DNA of 63,494 nt, counting the filler, from Folioceros fuciformis (lineage: Eukaryota): the NCBI GenBank assembly GCA_049999805.1. It is 9 parts of 8 records of this genome, joined end to end, with 100 filler letters (N's around TTAATTAATTAA, not from the genome) between each part and the next. Parts side by side here need not be neighbours in the genome. Positions count along the whole stretch, not along the records: positions 7,314 to 12,857 come from JBNGIO010005560.1; positions 12,958 to 28,931 come from JBNGIO010005561.1; 7 more parts are not named here. One strand, given 5' to 3'. How positions within the stretch are numbered: position 1 is the stretch's first letter; each line of letters opens with the position of its first letter. A program made the translations under genes and the position numbers. The notes below the pieces were generated by a model. The model saw nothing but the letters and a program-made list of their open reading frames with translations. It was not told the origin of the DNA and searched no databases. Below, piece by piece: positions 10,018-22,700 of this stretch.

Positions 10018-12857
10018 AATATATCGGCTATCTGCTCGTCTGTGTTGACATACACAAGATCAATAGCTCCAGATAAAATCCTTTCTCGAAGAAAATAATA
10101 ATGTACCTCAATGTGTTTCATCCTGGCATGAAACACTGGGTTTCGCGCCAACTATATGCTGCTAAGATTGTCACAGTAGATAACAACCTTGTCGTTGACC
10201 TGCAATCCAAAATCTCCGAGTAACTTACAAATCCAAGTCACTTCACACGCTGCTATTGCTGCGGCTCTGTATTCAGCTTCTGTACTAGACAAATCCATTG
10301 TACGCTGCTTCTTGCTACTCCATGTTATTGCTGTACTCCCAAGTGAAAATATGAATCCACTTGTAGATCTACGATCCATAATACTGCCTGCCCAATTTGC
10401 ATTTGTGCACCCACACAAGTTTATGTCTGAATCTGCAGCATAAAAGAGAGCATGATCCATAGTTGCCTTCACATAGCGCAACGTTCGCCTTACAGCATCC
10501 AAATGTGGCTTTCTTGGCACCTACAGAAACTGACTCTGCAGTCCCACTGTATAGTTTAAATCTGGTCTGGATAGAGTGAGATATATCAAGCTACCCACAA
10601 TCTCCCTGTACACTGTTGGATCTTCAAGTGCTTCACCATCATGAGCACTGAGCTTCAGATTTTGATCCAAAGGAATCGAGATTGGCTTGCACTCAACCAT
10701 ACCATACTTAGTTAGTACATCCAACACATACTTCCGCTGTGACAGCCAAATGCCTGTGTTGGTTCGTATAATTTCAATGCCCAAGAAGAATTTCAGTTCA
10801 CCTAGGTCCGGCATGTTGAACTCTTGTTGCAGAAGTTCCTTGATCTGCTCCACTTGATCCAATTGATTACCTCCAATGATTAGATCATCCACATAAATGA
10901 TCACAAAGACCAGTCCTTTTGTACTTCTGCACACATACAACGAATGATCCGCATCTGCCATGTTGAATCCGATGTGAATCAAATGCTGAGCAAGACGCTC
11001 ATGCCAAGCCCTCAGGGCTTGCTTCAGTCCGTACAACGTTTTTTTCAGCTTGCATACATGATTTGGATGATCCAAATCCTCATAACCTGGTGGCTAGTCT
11101 ATGTATACTTTGTTGAGTTATCGAGCTCTATATGAGCTAAACTCATGTGGTGTTAGTTATCCCAGTTGGGTTCATACTAGACTAGTTCTAGTTATTAGTG
11201 AACTTAGGATAGTGTAGATTATCCCATATTGAACCTGGAAGTTGTGTAGCCCTAAATGTACTACTTAAATGGAGACCTCGGACCTCCATAGTAAGACAGT
11301 GGTGATGTGTATTGTTTTCATGGTTGTGATCACCAATACCACCCTCTCTTCTCTCCTCTCCTTTCCTACACTTGCACGTAGATTGGAGTCGATCCTATTG
11401 ACATACTTCTTCCAGCAATTCTCCATGTAAGAATGCATTCTTCACATCCATATGATGTAGGACCCAACCTTTCGATGCTGCTAGTGCGAGCACGGTTTGA
11501 ATTGTTGCCATTTTGGCAACTGGACTGAACGTCTCCTCAAAATCTATTCCATATGTCTGGGCATATCCCTTGGCCACAAGCCTTGCCTTGTACCTGCTGA
11601 CACTACCATATGTGTGGTGTTTGACCTTGTACACCCATTTGCAACCTATTGGTTTCTTGCCTTTAGGTAGTTGTACTAGGTCCCATGTTGCATTATGATC
11701 TAATGCATTCATTTCTTCATCCATGGCATGTTCCCACTTTGTGTCTCCAATAGCTTCTTCAAAGCTCCTCGGTTCTACATCTTGCACAACCTTTGCCATA
11801 TAGGCACGGTGCCTAGCTACATAGCTATCATAGGTCAACCGCTATATTGGAACCTTGCGCCTTCCAGATCTCCGTGGGATTGAACCACTTCCAGGGGCTG
11901 ATTGAACCTCTTTTGCAACGAGTGTTTCGATTTTCGGTACATCGAATTCCTCATCCAAGCTCTGCTCAGAGTCGCTTGAATCATATGCACCTGCACTCAG
12001 GTCTAGTATCTTTGAATCCTGGACTTTTTCCTTCCCTTTGCGAGACACAGCTGTGGAGCTCATAGGGCTCACACTACCTCGCAACCTGCCACTCCATGGA
12101 TTCTGAACATTTGTCGAGTTTGATGACGCTTGTGGTCCACTCAACACTTGTGATTGTTGACTTGCATTGCTTGTTACCTCAGTTTCATGCACATCAGCAA
12201 CACCACTTGCTTGTACTTCAAAGTACCATCTAGCCATTTCATCAAAGACTACGTCTCTGCTTACTCTCATAGCTTGTGTATTGGGATTGTAGCATTTATA
12301 TCCTTGCTGTGTAAAAGAATACCCAATGAAGACACACTTTCTGCTTTTGGATCAAGCTTAGTCCGCAACTCATCCGGAATATGGACATAAGCAATGCAAC
12401 CAAATACCTTTAAGTGTGACAAGTCAGGTTTCTTCCCTGTGAACTTCTCCTTCGGTGTTACACTGTGCACCGCTGCCTTGGGAGTTCTGTTCATGATGTA
12501 CACTGCTGTGTTTACAGCTTCAGCCCAATAGTAGTGAGGCATCTGCTTCTCTGTCATCAATGCTCTCGCCACTTCTGCTATGTGCCTGTTCTTGCGCTCT
12601 GCAACTCCATTTTGTTGTGGCGTATAACGACATGAGTACTGCCGTTGAATGCCCTGTTCTGATAAGAATTTGCTGAACTCTCTGGAGAAGTACTCTCCCC
12701 CTCCATCAGATCTTAGGCATTTGATGTGCCTACCTGTCTGCTTCTCAACCATCGCCTTGAAAGTATGAAAATGAGTGATCACTTCACTTTTTTCTTTCAT
12801 GAAATAGACCCACACCTTCCTTGTGTGGTCGTCAATGAAGGTCACATAGTACTTGCA
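10018..12857 (-). mobile_element. Ty1/Copia pol fragment (integrase-RT-RNase H), degenerate
   Basis: rve LRSDGGGEY/PQQNGVAERKN (12267-12845); [11 protein letters not shown] and IIYVDDL; RNase H WSSKKQ...STEAEY. Confidence 0.92.
11111..11403. mobile_element. Solo LTR (293 bp) inserted in Copia RT
   Basis: TG...CA termini; 5-bp TSD tactt (11106-11110 / 11404-11408); near-identical inverted copy at 32418-32710. Confidence 0.92.
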
Positions 12858-12957
12858 NNNNNNNNNNNNNNNNNNNNNNNNNNNNNNNNNNNNNNNNNNN
12901 NTTAATTAATTAANNNNNNNNNNNNNNNNNNNNNNNNNNNNNNNNNNNNNNNNNNNN

Positions 12958-15384
12958 TTTGGATTCTAGTCGTGCCTGGTTTGCATCCCGACTTATGTGC
13001 TCCTGTAGTAGGGTTGCAATCATTGCACGGGCCTCTCCCCAATTGATGTGTTGTAGCTGTTGGCCACACTGAATGATGTTGCTCCACACTCCCAACGAAG
13101 TATCGTTACCTTGGCTTGTGGCATGTGCTCCTCGGGCTGCTTCCCAATTCTATGGGCTCCTTCTCCCCAAATCTGGTGCTCCACTGTGTGCTTGCACTAC
13201 TAGTGTCATCGCCAAATCCCCTACCTGGTACCCTACCTCAACTATTGGCTGGCTTGGTCCAGGATCCCTCACTGTCTCCATCTCAGTTGGGGCGGAATTT
13301 AGGGCTGCGGGGGTGGTGATTGATGGTAGCCTTCGGTCCCTTTGCTGCTCCCTAGGTCTTCGTATCAACGAGGTGTCATCTTCATCAGACTCATCATAGG
13401 CTGCCATGGCTGATTCGGAATCAAGTGGGGACTCCTCATCCGTAAGAGGGGTCGACACTCCACCGAAAATAAAAGCCTCCCCTTGCAACGGGACAACTAC
13501 AAAAGGTTGTTCCGCCTTCTCCAACTCCTCTTGTGTTAACAACCCTTCTGTCTTCCATAAGTGCACCAAGTAAGTCGAGAGGTAGCAAGGATGTGCACTC
13601 CCCCCCTCCCTACCGTTCGGCTTGAGCAACTTCTCCCTGTGGCAGGTATACGCCTCATACATAATTAACCCCCAGTCTGGCTTTGCTCCTTGAGTCACTC
13701 TCCAAAGGAAGTGGAGGAAAGCATTGCTGAAATATGAGGTGCGTTGATAGTTCACCAATCCAAGAACCACCTTAGTGAACAACCGCCATTTGAGCTCCTT
13801 GATCCTCTCAGTCCTCCACCCGTTCTTGGTTCTTGCTAACTCCCCTCCCAACAGCAATTCTAGTGTCCCAGATGGTAGGGTGGTGCTGGGTGACCTCCGC
13901 CCATCTATGGTTTTATCCAGGATCCCAATACCATCGCTCTCCTCTTCTGACCTACCGTACACCTGTCGGATGCTCCGGATAGTCCAACACCGAGGNNNNN
14001 NNNNNNNNNNNNNNNNNNNNNNNNNNNNNNNNNNNNNNNNNNNNNNNNNNNNNNNNNNNNNNNNNNNNNNNNNNNNNNNNNNNNNNNNNNNNNNNAAAAG
14101 CCTCCCCCTGCAACGGGACAACTACAAAAGGTTGTTCCGCCTTCTCCAACTCCTCTTGTGTTAACAACCCTTCTGTCTTCCATAAGTGCACCAAGTAAGT
14201 CGAAAGGTAGGAAGGACGTGCACTCCCCCCCTCCCTGCCGTTCGGCTTGAGCAACTTCTCCCTGTGGTAGGTGTACGCCTCATACATAATTAACCCCCAG
14301 TCTTTCTTTGCTCCTTGAGTCACTCTGCAAAGGAAGTGGAGGAAAGCATTGCTGAAATATGAGGTGCATTGATAGTTCACCAATCCAAGAACCACCTTAG
14401 TGAACAACCACCATTTGAGCTCCTTGATTCTCTCAGTCCTCCACCCATTCTTGGTTCTTGCTAGCTCCCCTCCCAACAGCAATTCTAGTGCCCTAGATGG
14501 TAGGGTGGTGGGTGACCTCCGCCCATCTATGGTTTATCCAGGATCCCAATACCATTGCTCTCCTCTTCCGACCTACCGTACACCAGTCAGATGCTCCGGA
14601 CAGTCCAACACCGAGGGTTAGTCCTCGCGTTTCGTTCAGGTAGGGCTTCCAACTCCTCCTTCGATTGCTGTAGGTTGGTATAGCACTCCTTCAACAAGCC
14701 TTCATGAACATACAACCAGTGTCTGAGTATTGTTGGAGGTCCACGCCATAATTGATGGAACAAAACCCCAAGAATGTCGGTTGCCCTCCTTTACGCGAGG
14801 TTATACCCCTACCTCCGTAGGCAACTGCTCCCAGCTTCTGTGCAGCTGATTTCACATCCCTTGCACCGTTCCTCCCTATGGCTCTCACCACAGCAAAGCC
14901 CTTTCTCTCTCTTTGAGTCCGCTTGGTCACAACAAGTAGGTCACCGACGTAGGTGTCTTGTCGCACAACTACTTCCTTATTCCCCGCTATGTAGGTAGAT
15001 GTAGTTCCCTACGTGGAGGTGAGCACCCTTCGTTGATGGGGCACCTTAGGTAGGGACCCCTTTAAATACCCTCTTGTCGTAGGGATACTTCTATATGTAG
15101 TAACTGCCCTTAATCGATACCCTACATAGGTGTCCCCTTTTCTGTAGGTAGCTTGCCCTTCACAACTATATTTCTTATTTAGGTACTACCTCCCACAGAG
15201 ATATCCTCCCTACGGTGGCATACCTCCCTATAGGTAGCCATCCCAAAGAAGGTAACTTCTTTATAATACTACCCCTTATTATCGCCACTCATCTAACCTA
15301 CCAAACCAAGACCAAACAAAACTGAAAATGTTATTAGCCGCTCTCTACCTACTGCGGGTACTTGCCAAAAACCCGCATTCCACA
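12958..15384 (-). mobile_element. Gypsy-associated segment: LTR-like terminus at 15384 plus a degenerate accessory ORF
   Basis: The TGTGG terminus (plus strand ...ttccaca, 15384) interrupts a Copia zinc-knuckle region; ORFs 13150-14121 and 13952-14482 share NGW / DWG / YL.HLW motifs with ORF 39794-40897. Confidence 0.6.
13471..14616. repeat. ~520-bp direct repeat flanking an assembly gap (13471-13995 and 14096-14616)
   Basis: Same sequence on both sides of the N-run, with scattered substitutions and small indels. Confidence 0.85.
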
Positions 15385-17081
15385 CGAATGCAAGAAGAAG
15401 AATGGAGAACAAAGGAAGGCCGAGAAGACCCAAAGAGTGGTTGAGGCACACTCAGTTTCCAAGGACATGTCTTCACTGGCCTCTTCTTCTAGCAAGCAGC
15501 CAGGGTGACCATTTGCCATTATGCTACAATCTGTGAACCAGACTCTTGGTATTTGGACTCGGGCTCCACATCCCACATTTGCTACAATCGTGCCTTGCTT
15601 AGTAATTTCACTCCAGCGCATACTAATGAGAGAGTATTGTTGGGAGACGAGCTTACCCGCACAGGTTTAAAGATCCTTGGTACAGGATCATGCACTTTCC
15701 GGCTTAAGGATGGCTTAGGTCTTCAACTGGACAACGTTCTGTAGTTCCCAACATGGCTAAGCATCTTATTTCGGTTATTCAATTGATGAAACTCCAGTAG
15801 TTTGATTTAACTTTTTCAGCTACTAGCTATCTTCTCACACGCATGGGTGCTCGAGATCCAATTGCCCGAGGCCTCTTGTTGGATGATTTGTACAGACTAG
15901 ATGTTTGTTGTCAGACTGCTAAATCTGCTTCTATGGCTGCAAAATCCCAATCGGCATTAGCGCAGCTACGGCACGCATGTCTAGAGCATGCCAATAAGAA
16001 CAAACTTCTCAAGATGTCCAAATTGGAATGTTATAGAGAGCACTTACCAAAATGTATGTGACTCTTGTGTTCTCGCCAAGCAAAGAGACGTTCCTTTTCC
16101 GTCTGAGGTTGCACATAGGACTTCCAGCATTTTGGACTTGGTGCACATAGATATATAAGGAAAAATACTTGTATCTTCTTTGGGCAGTTCCAACTACTAT
16201 CATACTCTAACAGCCGGTTCCAACTACTATCTTACTCTAACAAACGACTATAGTAGATATTCTTGGACCTTCCCTATCAAAAGAAGTCTAATACGTTTCC
16301 TGTATTTCAAGAGTGGCTTACCATGTGCAACGCCAAATAGGCCGGCTTCTTCGCTGCTTGCGATTGGATAACGGCACCGAATTCGTCAATAATGCTTTTG
16401 ATGAGTATCTATCTGCCCATGGTATCGTGTGTCAGCTCATTGTCCTTATACCTAGCAACAAAAGGTGTTTCAGAAAGGAAAAATAAAACTCTCCTTGGGA
16501 TGACACGTAGCATGCTTCAATGGGTAGGTCTGGATAAGGCTTACTGGGCTAAGGCTGTTGTCACAGCCACTTACATATTGAACCGACTCCTCACTAGTTT
16601 TGTTGAGGGCAGGACCCCTTTCGAGGTCATTTGGCAGCGCCGTCCTAGCTTGCTTCATTTACGAGTATTCGGTTCTCCTGCGTATGCATATGTACCTGCA
16701 GAACAATGTAAGAAGTTAGAGGATTGGGCCAAACCACTCATTTTTGTTGGGTATGGAGAGGAGACGAAGGCTTACAAGTTGTATGATCCCTCTTCTCGCT
16801 CTTGTATCTTTGCCAGAAGTGTGACCTTTAAGGAACTCGTTCGACCAGCAGCTTCTCACTTCGCTGATACTCCTGCTCCTTTTAAGCATCTTGACGATGA
16901 CCTCAACATTAATATTTCTGAGTATCCCCAAGACTTGTATATGGTCCCAGCTCCTTCAGGGGGTGTTCCACTTGTTGCTGCCAATGGTTCAGGGGGTGGT
17001 TTGTCATCCATGCCTCCTCCCGATCAACCTGTTCAGGAATTCCAGGCACTTGTACAGCCAAGTTTGTCACTTGTTTTGCCT
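15385..17081 (+). mobile_element. Ty1/Copia fragment (end of gag, protease, GAG-pre-integrase, integrase), degenerate
   Basis: DSWYLDSGSTSHIC (15505-15744); SERKNKTL...HLRVFGSPAYAYVP...FVGYGEETKAYKLYDP (16392-17105). Confidence 0.9.
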
Positions 17082-19709
17082 TGTAAAACATCAGAGCATT
17101 TATAAACAACTATATATGTAGATGAAGATATATATTTAATAATAACCAAAGTGTTTATATACAAAAATTGTCGAAGTGACATGACTCTTCATAACTTAAA
17201 GCATATGCCCTAACAGCTGGTCTGTTTATATGAAGCTAACCCTAAACGGGGTTACTTCCAAACACACCCTCGTAAACAGAGCAGGCTGTTAGCTACAAAG
17301 TGTCGAGACGCCAGCAATGGCGAGGACATTGTCGCAGTGCCTAAGTCTCTGCGCCTTTGCTATAGCTGTTGTCTTGTCGTACGAGCATCCATGCAAAGAG
17401 GCCAGGAAACAGAGGAGAAGAGCACGAGACAGGGCTGAGCAAACACATTGCCATGCTTGGAGGGAGTTTGTGACTGATCAGTGTTGGTAGGCCGCGAGCT
17501 GGGAATGTCGGTTGATGGTCTCCTTCGCCGTAAGGAAGTTGGTGATTTTGCCAACTGTCATTGCGGAAGGAGGAACGCTGGAGGAGCAGCTGAAGTGGGC
17601 TGTGTCCAAGCCACTTCCTCCAAAATAACAACTAGGAGTCCTCAAAGCCGCAGGATGCAACTGAATATGAAGGAGAGATTCATCCACCATACCTGTAGCT
17701 GAGGTAACCAATCAAACTAGGTTTGAGGATAGGCCTTGATGCCCTAAGCCTCTGTGTGTTGCAGGTGCTTGTGAGCTGGTAAGTACTTAGTGAGCAGATA
17801 GCTCTATTTAGGTAATAGCAACATTCCCAAATAGCTTCCTTGGAGGCTTCTATCAGAGCCTTGTACTTTGCCTCAGTTGAAGAGAGGTCCACGGACACTT
17901 GTTTCTTGGAGCTCCAGTGAATAGCGGAACCAAAAAGGGTAAAGCAATATGCGGATATGCTTCGACAAACGTCCGGATTTGTGGCCCAGTCAGCGTCATC
18001 CCATCTAGAGACGGTAAGCTTGTCCTTGTTCCGCCCCCGGAAGCATAGCCCATGATGCAAGGTGCCCTTAAGATATTGGAGTATCTGTTTGACTGCACCC
18101 CAGTGTTCCTTACCAGGATTATCCAGGAACTGAGAAACAACACTCACTGCATACTGAATGTCTAGGCAAGTCCAACAACTGATGTAGTTGAGACACCCAA
18201 CAGCATGACGGTAAGGGACTTTGATCATAGCCTCTTTCTCTGAAACAATATGTGGGCATTGTGCAAATGACAACTTAGCACCAGAAACACCAGGTGTAGA
18301 TACAGATTTGGCAGACTCAAGATGAAAACTTTGAAGAATCTCAATGATATATTTAGCCTGGTGCAACATAATGGTGTTCGAGGAGGAATTGGTATTCAAT
18401 TGGACGCCAAGCACAAAGGTTCGAGGCCCAATATCCTTCATATCGAATTTTTGATGAAGCATCTACTTAACCCAGTTTAATAACTCATGATCATTGGATG
18501 CCAGGATTGCATCATCAACATAAAGGGCAAGCACAACTATGTGGCCAGCTTTAGAGTAAAGATAAACATTAGCATCACCTGGATTCTACAGGAATCCAAT
18601 TGACTTCAGGTAAGCATCTATGGTCTTGTACCACTCTTTGGGAAACTGCTTGAGACCATAGATTGTCTTCTTTAGGTGACAGACCCAGTCAAAGTGTGCT
18701 GGATTTACAAAGCTTTCGGGCTGTTGCATGTAAATATCCTCCTTCAGCTCTCAATAAAGAAAAGTTGTGCATATGTCCATCTACTATAGATCCCAAGCAT
18801 TAGCTGCAGCAAGGGCAATAATTATTCTGATGGATTGTGTCTTCACCACAGGACTGAAGGTCTCAGTGAAATGAACGCCAGGAATTTGAGAGAAAACCCC
18901 ATGCTACCAAACAGGATTTGTATCTGGCAATCTCACCATTTGCATTAAGCTTGTGTTTAAACACCCAATTTCGAACTAACAACTTTGCATCCTGCTGGCA
19001 GAAGACATAATTCCCAGGTGTCATTTTTAATAAGCGAATCGTACTCATCTTTGATAGAAGGTATCCAAAATTCCTTGTCTATGCCTGTGATGGCTTCCAT
19101 ATAGAAACAAGGCTCAGGCTTGATAAAGGAAAGAGGTATATCAACAGATGAGGACTGAGGTGACACCAGCTCGGGGTCAACAAAAATCTGAGGACTCATA
19201 AGGTGGTTCAGCCCATTGAGCAGGAGGTAGGCGAGTCCTACGTGGATACATGAGTTCTAGCTCTGGCTCATCCGGAGGGACATCAGGAGGATCTTGTGAG
19301 GCTTCAGCAGAACAAAGAGCATCACCCTGATCTAAGCCCTCCATAGAATCAAGATCACCATCTTCAAGTCTTGTCAGTGCGTCTTCAAGTTCAAAGTACT
19401 AACCCCCAGCATTGATTGCAGCGTGTTCATCATGCTCAGGCATAGGAACTGCTGCAGAGTCTTGGGCATCTCTAGATGCTGGATTCTATACAAGCTGTGG
19501 ATCTTGAATTGTCTGTGCAGGCACTTAAACATAGTTTGATGGAGCATCATCTTGTGGAAAGAAAGTGTGACCATCAAGATCTATCATATCAATATGAGTA
19601 ACAATCTCCTGGTTGTGTGGTGAGGAGTCAAAGTATGGCTTGGCAGGACAGATAAGCTCCTTGAATGTCACACTTTGAGCAAAGACAACTACTTTGATAA
19701 GTGTGTCAT

Positions 19710-22700
19710 TGTGGAGTGGTTTCTTGCACCCAAGAACCACCAAGGGGCCACACTTCCCCTTATTATCATTGCAGTCTTATGATTCGCTCCCAAGGGAGTG
19801 AACTAGTGTCAAGGTTACCTACGTCTCCCTAATCTCACCCTCTCTATCAGCCGATACCTAGTGCTACAGCAATAGGTCAGAATTCCCGGTCCTGTCTTCA
19901 GCTCCTACCACAACACCAACCCCAGCCTCAACTAAATGAGAACTCCAGCATTGTCTTCAGCCTTCGTTTCCAGCTCCAAGTATCAATCACTTCAGTGCTG
20001 AAAGGAGGCTCCAACCCCGAGTCCGGCCTCTAACTCTCAGCCCAAGTTCCAGCCCTCTTGCTGGTTGAGAGGAAGCTTTGGCTCCAACCTCGGCCTCCAC
20101 TCTCAACTCCAAGCTTTGGCCACCTCTGCAGCTGAAAGGAGACTCCGGCACCCGCCGACCTCCAACTCTCAGCATCTAGTGCTAGCTACCTCCGCAACTG
20201 AACGAGAACCTCAACTTCAGCTAGCTCCTCACTCCAACTTCAACACTCCATTCCACCACTTCAGCACTTCACCCCAGCATTTCAGTCCTTCACTCCAGCA
20301 CTTCAGTCCTTCACTTCAGCACTTCATTCCTTCACTTCACCCTTTAGCACCTCAATTCACCCTCCATCGCCTCACTTCAGCTCAACTCCTCACTTCAACA
20401 CTTCCACTCCCAAAATCTGCAACTCAACCCTTCTCTCCTAGAATTTGGAACACAATAGCCTTCCCCCTTGCAACCTTCAAGGAGGAGGCGAGGCCTAGGG
20501 CTGGATAGCCTCCTTGGCTCACGGCCCTTCAACCTCACCTCAGCCAGCATGCAAGGTGGTCAGCCATTGCGGATCCGACTACACAGATCTTGGCAGTCTT
20601 GGGATCCTCCACGTTCCCCTAGTGGCAAGGGAAATCAAGACCTTGGTTTAGTCTCAACCGGCTCAGCACCCTAAGCCAGGAGTTCTGCACCCAAGGTCCA
20701 GGGAAATCGCACCGTAGACAGCCCCCTCCTCAATGGCAGGTCTAACCTCTTATACTACCTTGGCCCAAATCTCCATCTCTATGTACTAGGGCTAGCCTCA
20801 GTCAACCACCCAGCAATCTCTCTCTGAACTAAACCTAACTCTGACCTAATAGGGGTTGTGTCCCATGGACACTACTGGGTGCCCTTACCAAAATTGACTA
20901 ACCTCTCAAGACTACCAAAATGGTTAGTGCCTCTCAACACTCTCCCTCTTCTCTCAGATCATTCCATCCCTTCTCTCAGATCATTCTATCCCTTCCCTTC
21001 AGAGCATCCTTCAACCCTTTAAAGACCCGTTTCGCCTTCAGGTCCCCCTCCATTCTGCTGGCCAAGGGACATGTCCCGGCAAAGTTACCCACCTAGTGCC
21101 CCTGAATGAGCACCTTGTAAGCTTGGCACTAGAAGTGACAACCCACCATTCCTGCCAACATAACCATCACTGGGCTTCCCGCCCACTAACAGCACACCTA
21201 TGCTAGTCTTTCAGCCTACAAGCAACCAGGCTTGCTGTTAATGGATGGAAAGCTGAGTGTCGCTTATGTCCTATATCTGGATGGGGTGGTATCCCTCAGT
21301 TTCGTCCGCACGCATTCTCCTGGCAGCCTTCACCTCCAACCCCTGTCCAGGCCACTGTAACTCCCTTGCTTGAAACCAGACCCGATCCGAAGCCAGACTC
21401 GAGCTGTTTTTATCCCTTCGCAGGAGTTCACTTTTCAGTCTCGCCTCTGCTGCATGTTGCAATAGCCTCCCTCTCTCGTTAGCTTTCCATTGCTCCTTGA
21501 TAATTTCCTCCTTTCGGCGGTCTGCGATTTCGGCCTACATCAGCTTCCTTGCCTGAGCATCTTCCAGTCCGGGCACATACTCTCCCCTTAACTTTTGCAT
21601 AGATCTATCAACGCACGGATAACTATCTCAGCTTGCTTCTATGCAGCTGCCTTTCCCTCATGTGCTCATTGAAGGAGAAACTCTTCAGAGAGAGAACCCC
21701 TTGCCACGTAACTCTTAAGGCTGCCTTCACTTTGGTTTTCCAGGGTGTTCTTCCACAATCCCCTCGGGGACCCTAGCCTGATATTGCACCAATTCGCCAC
21801 TTCCCAATCCAGTCCCCTCAACCACTTTCGGTAACAATCCCATCCACCTCAACGCGCTTCTCTTCGCCCCTCGACAAGCGAAACGCTCCCTCATCCCGGC
21901 CTTCTTAGGAATGTGTATCCGCTCATCCATACTCCTCATAGTTCTTGGTTACTGGCCTCCAATTGCCTGTCGATCTCCTGCTCTTGCTCATCCACTACTA
22001 GCCTCCTTCACATCCCAGCTCCTTGAGCTCCTGCTCTCTGCCTTGCCAACCAGTGTGTCCAGCCCCGGTCTGGCACACCCGTGGATCCAGCGCCGCTGCC
22101 TGATCCATTCTGGTTCCAATTCGGCCAGCCCATCGATTAGACGTATGGCCAGATTCGGCCCGCCAATCGATCAGCCACCACCTGATCCAGCCAAATCACC
22201 CGAGTCCATTGGCCAGCCACCCCAGCCGCTACTGCCAACTGCCTCGCAGATTCAGCCAGGCAACCAGCCTGGCTAGCTGGTTGCCAACTGAATCTAGCTG
22301 CCCAAAAGCCAAGCTAGCCGGCCGGGCGGCTTGGCTCCTGTAGCCAGGCCGGCGGCTGGCTTCCGGATCCAGCCCCGGCTTGCATTCGGCCCGCTCATCT
22401 GGCCTCCAACTCCGACTAGCCCGGCCGCTGCATGCACTGCCAAAACGGCCTGCCTGCTTGCCTGGCCATCTTTAGCTGCAGGCAGGCCGCTTCCTGGCTG
22501 ATCTCGTTCGATCCACCAGGCTTCCCACCAGATCCATGCCTGTCTTGGTTTTTGGGCTCGATTCACCACCATCGGCCCGGCCAGCTTGCTCTCGCATACC
22601 AGATATCTGGCCAGACCCGCCAAGCACCTCACTGGTCCCATCCGATCATGCCACCTGCCCGGCCGCCTGGACTTGGTTGTCACCCATCAGCCAGGTTACC

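Noticed and set aside
13471-14616. Tandem duplication of the accessory ORF
   Set aside because: Both copies end exactly at the gap edges, which is typical of an unmerged contig overlap or of haplotypes; it cannot be called biological without reads.
16187-16242. 30-bp tandem duplication in a Copia integrase (also a ~55-bp tandem at ~30040-30155)
   Set aside because: Local slippage in decayed elements; not a CRISPR-like array (no spacers, only about 2 units).
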